A stretch of 64,000 bases of DNA from Raja brachyura (lineage: Eukaryota), in NCBI GenBank assembly GCA_963514005.1, contig OY740792.1, forward strand, positions 30,566,001 through 30,630,000, read 5' to 3'. The notes beneath the pieces are model-generated. The model was not told the origin of the DNA. It worked only from the letters and a program-made list of their open reading frames with translations, and searched no databases. This document shows positions 53,406-64,000 of the stretch, piece by piece. The position numbers were made by a program, and so were the translations under genes. Position 1 is the first letter of the stretch; the number at the start of each line of letters is the position of its first letter.

Positions 53406-55419
53406 AAATGGGAAGGGGAATACACAGCGGGACAGGCACCATCTGTGGAGAGAGAAACAGATACAACGTTACAGGTCAATGACCCTTCATCAGAACTGCT
53501 GACACAAATTGGAGAGGTCCGATACCTGAAATAATTAAAATTATCCTTGACCATTATGGGCTCCAAGGTGCCAAGATACAACATTGAGTACACTATATCT
53601 GATTATATTAGCTTTGGTTGGAACAGTGTCAGAGGCCAAAGTTTTTTGAGGGTTGAATCAGAGAGGGTCCAAGTGAAAGTGAGAATAGGCTGGAAATTGA
53701 CAACAAAGGTGACTTCCCTCCCTCTTCCCTGCAACTTAACACATTGTGATCAGTTTATAAATTTGAAACATTTACTATTTCCACTGATGCTGCCCGACCT
53801 GCTGCACTTTTCAAAAAAATTTGGTTTAAAACTTCAAATTTCTGGCATTTGCTTTTGGGCAAGTTATCAAGGGATGAAATTAGGAAGAATGTTACGGGGT
53901 AGTGTTAGAAACTATCAATTTGCTTCTCAGGCCAGTGTTCAAAACAAATCCAGGGAATTAATAAAATTGCTGGCAAAATCATTCTACGAATACATTTCAA
54001 GAGCGCTAAAGCAATGTAATTGAATAATCAGAGATAATCCGAGTATGTCTGGGTGGTATTTAAACATGAATTCCCCTAGAATCTTGTGAATCAGTAACTC
54101 TCTCTCGGAAAACAATTGATCAATGACTGCACTAACATCGCAGTGGTGAAGGAGGTGCTGATGGAAATGAGATAATAAGCTTTGTGCTTCAGAAAACAAG
54201 TTCAAGGTCAGATGTACAGATGGTGACGTGAAATCTGGACCGCATGCCGCTGGATCAGTGAGGGTTTAACAGACTTCCCCCATGGATACGGCTATAACAT
54301 TGATCAGGGCACGATGATATAAAGTAACACAGACATTTGGCATGACCATTTCAATAGTGGTGGTGCTTTGAATTATAGCCCGCCTTAGATCTAGTACCCA
54401 CCTGGGTCAGTTCCATGATCCTATATTAACCCACATATCTAACCATACACATCAATCACATCTCAACGCAGCGGTGATTGATTTCTCTCCGTTGAAAAAC
54501 AGCCCAACGAGTACAGTCTCTGACGCAGATCACTGATCATGCTTGCTTAATTTGTGCAAATTAACCCTTTGATTACAAATCTCCTGCTTTCACCCCCCCC
54601 CCCCCCCCCCGCCACTGCTGAAGTAGTTCTGCTGATTCAGTAAATAACATAAGTGGCAGGTAAATGCAGTGGGAATGAGAAGTACAGACAATGGGAGAGG
54701 TTTGCTCTTGTCTGGAATGTGTTTCGCTGGACAGAAACTGGTATAACCCAGATATTTGACGGTGAAGGCTGGTGAAAATTTGACCTTTAATTCCCTGTTC
54801 TTGATGGGATGCCATCAGATAAGTCTGAATCTCAAAATATTTGGCATGTGGCTTCTCATAAGTATGATCAATGATAAAATTTATCCTCATTGCTTCCCCA
54901 AAATGGTACGATTTTCAGGCGATTTTCAAAGGTTTCTGGCCAGCGCTGTGTTTTTAAGTCATACTTGGAACGAAACATCTGCCTTGCAACCTTTAAATTC
55001 TAATGCTAATTTATCCCCAGGGACTGTTCGACAGGCGGACTGAAAGTCAGCCTGCATTGTTAACGGGATCACTCGGAATGGAATTACTTGATGGGAGTGA
55101 GGGATTAAGGGTGTCTCGTGTCCCATTAACGCGTGAGAGAAAGAAAGAGAATACAAAAGAGGAATAAGGTAGCTATTCCAGGGACTTTCCATTAATCAGC
55201 ATATTCAAAGTGAAAGTGTGCTAAAGTGTGCCTTTGTTTGTCTTCATTCGCACCATTGTTTTCTGTTGATGATACCCATCTGGTTTAATTCCAGAGGGTG
55301 CACCTTCTCTCTGCTATCTGACTGGCACAGAGGCTGCCTGGGCGAGGGGGCATCCGCTGAGTCCGACCCTGTCATCGGCCAGTCTCCACCCACGGAGCTT
55401 CCAACACGCAGATGGCGAT

Positions 55420-55750
55420 GTGTAAGAAAGAACGTCAGATGCTGGTTTACACCTAAGATAGACACAGATTGTTGGAGTAACTCAGCGGGTCAAGCAGCAT
55501 CTTTGGAGAAAAGGAATAGGTGACATTTCGGGTCGAGACCCTTCATCAGACGTAGTCAGGGAGGGGGACACTAGAGGTATGGGAAGGAACAGAACAAAGC
55601 AGAGCCTGCATCGATGACCGAGAACAGGTGGAGTAAACAATGGTCCATTGATGGCTGGGGACGAGGTGAAAATGAAGGAATACAAACGGTGAAATTAGCA
55701 AGAGGTCGAGGGTGGGGGAGGGACGGAGAGAGAGGGAATGTGAGAGTTAT
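55420..55750 (-). mobile_element. PLE 3' UTR and pseudo-LTR fragment
   Basis: Similar to 27770-28093 in reverse; hammerhead core with CTGATGA at 55522-55549. Confidence 0.75.
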
Positions 55751-56030
55751 CCAGAAGCATCAACCTTCCCAGGATGAGTGAAGTTTAAAGGTGAGGAACG
55801 CAGGAGTTTGTCACAGCACGGGACCTAGAGTCGGTTTGTACTTCTGACAGCTTCCCAAAAAGAGGAAAACCATGGATGCTGGCAATCTAAAATAAAAGTA
55901 GAGAATGGAAGAAGCACTCAGCAGCTCTGCAGACAGAGAATCATTGACTGATCTGGTACAGGATGTAGAGATACAGCATGAAAACAGGCATGTTGCCTCT
56001 TCACCAATCACCTATTCACACTACCTCCAT

Positions 56031-56232
56031 GCGTAGGAAGGAACTGCAGATGCTGGATTAAACCAAAGATAGACACAAAATGCTGGAGTAACTCAGCAGG
56101 ACAGGGAGCATCTCTGGAGAGAAGTAATCGTTGACGTTTCTGGTCTGACGAAGGGTCTCGACCCGAAACGTCACCCATTCCTTCTCTCCAGAGGTGCTGC
56201 TTGTCCCGCTGAGTTACTCCAGCATTTAGTGT
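56031..56232. mobile_element. Fold-back PLE pseudo-LTR copy inserted in a V-SINE
   Basis: Inverted arms; hammerhead core with CTGACGA at 56145-56172; degenerate TSD cacactacctccatg / cacacgacttctatg. Confidence 0.78.
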
Positions 56233-59025
56233 CACACGACTTCTATGTTATCCCACTTTCTCATCCACTTCCTAACCACTATCCCACTTTCTTATCCACT
56301 TCCTAGAGGCAGTTTGACAGAGGCAAATTAACCTACAAACACACACATCTTTGAGATCTTTGGGGAAACAGAGTACCTGTAGGATACACACACAGTCACA
56401 GGGTCCACAGAGACAGCACCCGAGGTCAGGATTGAACCCGGGTCTCTGGCGTTGTGAGGCAGCAACTCTACCAGCTGTGCCACTGTGCTAAAAAGGACCT
56501 CAAATGCCGACCATTTCTCTGCAGATGCTGCCCGATCTGCTGGGTGTATTCAGCATTTCCTGCTGTTACAACTGAGGATTTCTGTTTGCCCAGTATACGG
56601 TGGACACTCTCCTTCTGAGGAAATGCACCCTGCTTATCCCAATCCATTGATGTTATTCATATTATTACACTCAGTGCCCTCCAGATACAAATGTGCAGGC
56701 TGAAGCTGCTCATTTAGCTAGTACCACGTTATCAATGAATGCTCCTAATTATATGAAGCTTCGATGGATGAATTAGCATTGGCTTTCAGTCATCAATAGT
56801 GACCTTGTCTAGTTCAATCAGACCTGTGGCCTGTCAGCCCTGGAGGGTGAATTCGGTAGCAGAGTGAAAAATCCCACACTGCCCAACAACTAGATGGTGA
56901 ATGAAATTAAATATTCTGCTCTCTCCCACAAGCAGGTCCTGTGTGTTGGAGGGTACAATGTGAGGTGTAATTGTAAAGCTTAAAATTAGGAAAAATAAAA
57001 CAATTTTTCAGAATTCACTTTGTTCAGAGCGGTTAGGGATGGGCAGTAAATGTTGGCCTTGTCAGCAATGGTCATATCCCCAATAAATTAAAAAAAACTT
57101 GGAGTCCTTGGACAAAACAATCTCACATTTAGTTGCTTTTACAAATTCACATCACCAAGGTTGCTGTTAACTGCACAAAAACAAAATAATGACATCTGCA
57201 AGGAGTTTGGAGAACAATACAGAATTCAAGATCCAAATCAAATGTTTTTATTTCAATTTGGCAAAGTTTCTTGAAGTTACACAGGACATCTGTTTGAAGT
57301 TTGGCCAGCACCTTGGAAGAGACTCTCTCCTCTGTTTCCAGTCAGTAACAAATAAAAGAATTTGAACCTCCATGAAGCAACAACTTTAGAGTTGTCAAGT
57401 TATACAGCACGGAAACAGGTCCTTCGGCCCAACTTACCTATGCCGACCAAGGTGCCACCATCTACGCTAATCCCACCTGCCCGCATTTGGCCCTTATCCC
57501 TCTATTCCATCTGAGAAAAGGTCTTGACCTGGAAAGTCACCCATTCCTTCTCTCCAGAGATGCTAGTTAGGCATTTTGTGTCAATCTTCCCTCTAAACCT
57601 TTCCAATCCATGTACCTGTCCAAATGTATTTTACATGTTGATGAAGCTATGATGCTGGAGGTGTGGATAGCAGGCAATGTTGTAGTCAACAACAGTGACA
57701 CTCACTGCTGAACTAGGTAAAACAACACGAGCTTATCTCTGACAGTTCTCCCATTGGGAATTTGTGGAAAATGTTGCGAGCATTCTCCCTGGCAATACCC
57801 TTAACTCTTCAAAGTACCTTCTGGATCATAAGAAGCGATATTTGCAGAGTCCAAAGGACTGGTGTTCTACAACCCGTAGACTGTCCTGAAAATCCATCCT
57901 GAATATTTTTGAAAAATGCAAACTGCTGAAGGAACTCAGCAGGTCAGGCGGCATCCGTGGAGGGTAACGTTTCAGGTTACCTTGGACACGATGAAGGGTT
58001 CTCAGGTGAATTCATATGTGCAGATCACTCATCTAGGGATCCAGCTGGAACCTAAGCTGTTTCCATGCATTTTAGTACAGCTGCTCGATGTTTCATTCAT
58101 GGGGTAATTACATCAAACCTCAATAGTTTCTCTGTCATTACCTCACCAAAGTATTCCTCAAGGGTTGACGTGGGATGAGTGAAATGTCTTCAGGAAATAA
58201 AGGGGTGATGCAGCTGCCTCACAGTTCCAGAGGCCCAGGTTCGATCACGACCTTGGCTTCTGCCTGTGTGGAGTTTGTATGTTCCTCCTGTGACCACGTG
58301 GGTTTTCTCTGGGCGCTCTGGTTTCCTCCCACTGTCCAAAGGTTAATTGGTAGCTCAGTGGCAAAAACAAATCAAACAGTTGATGAGCATGTGACAGAGA
58401 ATGTATCACTGCAATCAGGACTGATGGAATTCCTCTGCTGGGAGCTGGCAGGGACTCAATGGGCTGAATGGCCTCTGACTAAAAATTAAGAAAAGCTAAT
58501 TCTGGCATCACTCATCTGTGGCGAGTGAGAAACAGCTAATGTTTCAAGCCGGAGGCCCCTTGTTCATAAGTTGTAGGAGCAGAATGAGGCCATTTGGCCC
58601 ATCACGCCTACTCCGCCATTCATTCATGGCTGATCTACCTATCCCTCTCAATTCAGTTTTCTTGCCTTCTCCCCATAACCCCTGAAACCATTACTAATCA
58701 AGAAACTGACAATCTCTGCCTTAAAAATATCCATTAACTTGACCTCCACAGTTGTCTGTGCCGGGAAAAAGGGAAATAGTTTCAGGGTGCAGGGAATGTC
58801 GGGGGAGGGGTGGATTGGGCAAAGGGAGATTATGATAGGGTGGCCAGGGGTGAAGTGGGGATAAGTTGTTCATGAGGAAGTGGGAAGGTGACAGAGACAT
58901 GTGATGTGTTGTACATAACGGGTCAGGGTCTGCTTTCTTCTGTGTTATCACAAATAAAATTAGGCCATGAAAAAGTTAAATATCAGGGCTTAATTTGTGT
59001 GCATATATTACTGGCTGGACCTCCC

Positions 59026-59190
59026 AAAGGAACTGCAGATGCTGGTTGAAACCGAAGATAGACACAAAAAGCTGGTGTAACTAAGCGGGACAGGCAGCAT
59101 CTCTGGAGAGAAGGAATTGGTGATGTTTCGGGTCAAGTCCCTTCTTCTGACTGCCTGGCCCGCTGAATTACTCCAGCTTTTTGTGTCTAC
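59026..59190. mobile_element. Fold-back PLE pseudo-LTR copy
   Basis: Long minus arm plus short inverted arm ending ttttgtgtctac. Confidence 0.72.
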
Positions 59191-60011
59191 CTTCCAAAAC
59201 TGACATGGTTTCACTGGAAGAATAATGGCACCATTTCAAGTGTTCTCCAGAAGAGGCAGCGGCCATTTCCTGCTCAATGTTAAAGGTGCCTGTGGTTCTT
59301 GGGGCTGGGTTTAGCAGTTGCTAAGTGATTACTAAATACTAGGTTGCTAAAGGAAAATACTTTGCAGAGCTCTCAGAAAGGGAATGCAAAACATGGTGCA
59401 ATGCTTCAGTTAAAGAACCTATGGCTTTACCTTGTACAGAAAGATATGTATGGTGATAAAATCGAAATATCCAATTGTCATTGGGAAACTTATATGAAAT
59501 AACCAGACTACTTTGCTTCTAAAGATTAGTCTACTGATGCTATTCTTTAAACTTCTTTACACCATATTTATTATTATTCTGGATCATAATCAATGTAGAA
59601 CATAGAACAGTACAGCACAGGACCTGGCCCTTCGGCCCACAATGTCCAGACTAAACATGATGCCAGGTTAAACTAGTCTGCTCTGCCTGCATGTGATCCA
59701 TATCCTTCCATGTGACTATCTAAAGGCCTCGTAACTGCCACTATTGTATCTGCCTCATCTACATCTCCTGGTCGCATGTTCTAGGCACTCACCACCTTCT
59801 GTTCTTGCCCCTTTAAACTTTACCCCTCTTACTTGAAGTTATGCCCTCCAGTATTTGACATTTCCACCCAAGGAAAAAGGTTCTGACTGTCTATCCCATC
59901 TATGCCTCTCATAATTTCATATACTGCTAGCAGGCCTCACCTCAACCTTCACCTTTCCAGAGAAAACAATCCAAGCATATCATATGACTTCTTTACCACT
60001 CTGTCTACTTT

Positions 60012-60322
60012 TTTAGTTTAAAGATATAGTGCAGAAACAGGCCCTTCGGCCCACCGAGTCCGCACCGACCAGCGATCCTCGCACATTGACACTATCCTAC
60101 ACACACTAGGGACAATTTACACATACACCAAGCCAATGAACCTACTTGCCTGCCTTGGAGTGTGGGAGGAAACTGAAGATCTCGGAGAAAACCCACGCGG
60201 TCACGGGGAGAACATAACGGACAAACTCCGTACAGACTGCACCTGTAGTCGGGATCGAACCCAGGATTCCGGCGCTGCAAGCTCTGTAAGGCAGCAACTT
60301 TACCGCTGCACCACCGTGGCTC
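60012..60322 (-). mobile_element. tRNA-derived V-SINE (HE1-like)
   Basis: A box cacggtggtgcagcggta, B box gggttcgatcc, V domain and CR1 tail on the minus strand. Confidence 0.85.
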
Positions 60323-61548
60323 CTCCATGTGTCACTTGTGCTGTCGCTCTAGGATCCAAGGGTTGGACCCCTACATCCCTTTGTACATCAATGCTGTTAG
60401 GGTTCTTGTCATTAACATTTGTAAAGGGAGAAATTTGCCACATAAAAGCCGGGCACGTCATTAGAACAGATATCAAAACTTGGAGAAAGAGGAGCAGGAG
60501 GTGGTCAAATGTCTTTCAAGCTAGCTATGCCATTCACCTCTATCCTAATTAATCTTCTACCCCACCAACCCCTTCCTGGTTTCTCCCCGAGCCCCTTGAT
60601 GCTGTTTGTGTGTAAAAATACATCTATTTCCTTGGACACACTGGCCACATCCACACTGCCTTCTGTGGCAGAGAGTTCACCATCCTCTGAGTGTAAAGGT
60701 TTCTCCTCTTCCTATTATGCCCCCCCCCCCCCCCCCCCCCTTCCAGTTCTGGATCCCCAGACAGCGGAAGCATCCTCCCTGCATGAAGCCCTGCCAGAAT
60801 TAAGAGGATCCCCTCTTAATTCTTCTAAACTCTAATGAACTCAGGCCTGGTTTAGTCAACCTCTCCTCAACTGGCAAACTTGTGGCACGAGGTACTAGCC
60901 TGGTAAACCGTTGCTGCGCTCCGTCTATGGAACGATCCTTTCTCAGGCAGAGAGGTTAGTCACACACAGTGATCTCACCAAACCATGTATAATAGTTGCA
61001 GCAAGAAATACTTGCACTCAGATCCTCGAGATATTAAGGCCAACAGACTGTTTACTCTCTTAACTACTTGCCGCTCCTGGGTGTTTGCTTTCAATGACCC
61101 CACGGGCAAAGTGCCAGGACACCCAGGTCCCACTGTACACCAACACTTCCCAATCCATCACTATTTCTATTTTACCTCACAATCATACCCAGTTTCGTAT
61201 CACTGGCAAACTCCGTAACACTATGTACATTTCCCTCATCTGAATCATTGACATATACTGACGAATAGCTGGGGCCCAGGTTCGGATGGATTCCTGTATC
61301 CACTACATCACATGGAAGGCCTGTTAATTCCTGTCCTTTGGCTAAAGGCAGAGGTTTTTTATGGTCAACTGGAAGCCAGGAGAGATTAGGGAGGGAATTC
61401 CAGAGGCAAAAACAAAGAGAGCGGTGGGGGGTACTTAGTGCGTCAGGCAGCATCTGTGGAGAGAAATGGGCAGTTGATGTTTTGTGTCGAGACCCTTCGT
61501 CTAGATTGAAAGTAGAGAGGAAGCAGCCAGTATAGAGAAAAGGGGGAT

Positions 61549-61738
61549 ACACAAAAAGCTGGAGAAACTCAGCGGGTGCAGCAGCATCTAAGGAGTGAAG
61601 GAGATAGGCGACGTTTCGGGTCGAGACCCTTCTTCAGATCTCCTTCACTCCTTAGATGCTGCTGCACCCGCTGAGTTTCTCCAGCTTTTTGTGTAACCCT
61701 CGATTCTCCAGCATCTGCAGTTCCTTCTTTAACAAAAC
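61549..61738. mobile_element. Young fold-back PLE pseudo-LTR insertion nested in an older PLE remnant
   Basis: Nearly identical to the pseudo-LTR of the 26.8 kb element; 17-bp TSD ATAGAGAAAAGGGGGAT at 61532-61548 and 61739-61755; hammerhead core 61610-61637 on minus. Confidence 0.88.
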
Positions 61739-61959
61739 ATAGAGAAAAGGGGGATGGGTTGGGACAAGGGATGGCAAGTGACAGGTGGATGCAGGTGGGG
61801 TTGACTGGCACATAATGTTCAGGTGAATGTTGTGGACTATGTTTCACAGAGGCATGGCTCAGCCCCTGCTGCCGAAGGGTCAGTCCTCCAGTCCAAAGAT
61901 TTCTCGATCCATCGCATGGATCGGATGGAGTGATCGCGTAAAACGAGAGGCGACTGCAC

Positions 61960-62132
61960 CGGCCTCCGTTTTGGGCTGAGACTCTTCTTCACATTTCTTC
62001 CAGTATGAATAAGGGTCTTGACCTGAAACATCACCCATTCCTTCAATCCAGAGATGCTGCCTGTCCGGCTGAGTTACTCCAGCACTTTGTGTCCATCTTC
62101 GGTGTAAACCAGCATCTGCAGTTCCTTCCTGC
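61960..62132 (+). mobile_element. PLE pseudo-LTR fragment
   Basis: aagggtcttgacctgaaacatcacccattcc...cagcatctgcagttccttcc. Confidence 0.7.
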
Positions 62133-62149
62133 ACAAGTTTTGAAATGGT

Positions 62150-63030
62150 AATCAGTTGATGGTACTTTCCAATTGCTGTTCCCTGCACCTGGAACATCTA
62201 TCAGTGAAGTCACCGCCCCTTCTACCTCCTTAGGGAATTCACCTCCATCATCTTGACTGCTGTCCTTCCCGCCCTAACCCCAGGCAGACGTTCGTCTAGC
62301 ACTGAAGGAGCTGCACGCTTTGCTCAACAAATACCAAATGTCATAACTCAGCACCTTTCCCGTCATTGCCCGGGACTTCAGCAGGTTTAGTTTGAGGAAG
62401 CGATTTCCAAACTACCACCACCACCACATTCCCCACGGCACCAGAGGATCAAATAATCTCGACCACTGCTACTCCAGGTTCAAAGATGCTTATCACTCTG
62501 TCCCTCACCCTCACTTTGGATAATCAGGCCCCCAGGCTGTGCACCTACTTCCTGCGTTTAGGCTGTTACTGAAGAGCGCAGCCCCAGCAGTGAGGACTGC
62601 ACGGAGCTAGTCAGAGGAATGACTCCCCGAATGCTGACCGTTGATAGACTGAGCGGTGTTCAAGGATCCAGCAATGGACCTGAACAAATGCATGGTTCCA
62701 GACTTCGTAAGAAGATCTGAGGCGGAGTGTGTTCCCACCAAGCCCACCCGAGTATTCGCCAACCAGAAGTCTTGAATGAACCAGGAGGTCCGTAATCTAC
62801 TGGGGATAAGATCACCGACATTTAAATCTGGCAACACAGGGTCACATAAGAAGTCCAGTTATGACTCGGACAAGGCTATTGGGAAAGCGTAGAGATACTT
62901 TCAGTCTAAACTGACGATCAGATGTCGAACGTTCGGCAGCTTTGGCAGGGTTTGCACTTCCTGTAAGGCAAAACCAAGTGACAGCGATGCATCATTCCTG
63001 GCCATGCTCAATACTTTCTGCACTCGCAAT
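62150..63030 (+). mobile_element. Degenerate Rex1/Babar-like LINE (APE endonuclease region)
   Basis: Fragments IAGDF, TRGSNNLDHCYS.FKDAY, PHFG.S and NQKS.MNQEVR interrupted by frameshifts. Confidence 0.65.
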
Positions 63031-64000
63031 GTCAATGGAGAGTCCCTTGAACAAACCAGCATGACGAGCTGCTGTTTGGTGACTGTCCTCCCAGTCCCAG
63101 TCCGTGTTGGAGAGGATAGGTGTGGCAACAGGGTGAACAGTGACCAGGCTAAGTGTCACATTTCATTAGGCCAACAGACAGTTGAGCCCAGGCCCATCAC
63201 TTCTCTGCGGGGTTTGCCTGTAGGAAAGACCACAGGATCTAGTTTCTAGGTTGGCGTGTGTTTGAAGCCCCACCCTTCATTGATTTGTTCATTGCCAGGG
63301 GAATGTTGGAGCGGAAAGTGAGATTACTGTCTGATACACCACTCTGTTTCATTTTGAAATTCATTTTATGCATAGAAGATCCACAATATATAAATACGAA
63401 TGTTCGGATCAACCTGCTCATAACGAATTATATTATTCCCATTACTGAACATCAGCACATCATCGGTTATCATTCATTTACAAAAGTGAGTGGAGATATT
63501 TAGTGGGGATTTAATTAAATTGCATTCAGAGACTGGATAGTCAGCTCTGTTTGTGAACCGGCATAGTATTTTATACTGTGAATGCTGGGTTTATGAATTA
63601 AATCAGGTTCTTTCCTGTTTCTCAAAGATACATTACACTCTGCCTTGATCTCATACTGTTTAGCCAACAAGGGGCAAGGCAGATGATACGCTGTTAATCC
63701 CTTAAATGCACGACACTGAAACTGAATACATTGAAGCCTTGGGGGAATCCCACTCACAGGATTTCTTCTCTGGCTGGAAATAGACCCCAGTGTAATCACA
63801 CTACAGTAAAACACCGATAATCTTCTATCTAACTATTCAGAGATTTATGGAACTGCAGATGCTGGAATATTGAGCAAACCACAAAGTGCTGGAGGCACAC
63901 AGCAGGTCAGGCAGCATCCATGAAGGGAATGCACAGGTTACGTTTTGGGTCAGAACAGACACAGGTGTGGCTACCCACATCCCGAAGACATGCGGTTCGT

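Noticed and set aside
22700-64000. Expected syntenic neighbours SERP2, LACC1 and CCDC122
   Set aside because: I found no matching exons by eye, and the large LACC1 coding exon would appear in the ORF track but does not. The MVAK at about 37765 and FVFIYCGS at about 63390 are short chance matches.

Overview
Vertebrate genomic DNA, most likely a cartilaginous fish (skate/ray-like, inferred from HE1-type V-SINEs and the CR1, Rex1/Babar and Penelope repeat load). The only protein-coding gene I can establish is TSC22D1: its complete short isoform (141 aa) is encoded on + by three exons (14865-14989, 15646-15697, 21046-21294), with a polyA signal near 22694. Bases 1-14.5 kb are probably intron 1 of the long isoform, whose first exon lies outside the window. 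Two further CpG-island promoter-like elements are present: one inside TSC22D1 intron 2, arranged as if it fires antisense, and one apparently bidirectional, RFX/CRE-rich, at about 53 kb whose target genes I cannot identify. Most ORF-track entries are transposon remnants or noise. The most striking signal is a Neptune-type Penelope-like element (PLE) family whose pseudo-LTR carries a minimal hammerhead ribozyme core. It occurs as (i) a young, TSD-flanked, RT-deleted 1.3 kb element with two direct-repeat hammerheads 1141 nt apart (retrozyme-like) and (ii) several approximately 200 bp fold-back hairpin insertions, four with exact 13-17 bp TSDs. All coordinates and alignments were read by eye; no searches were run.
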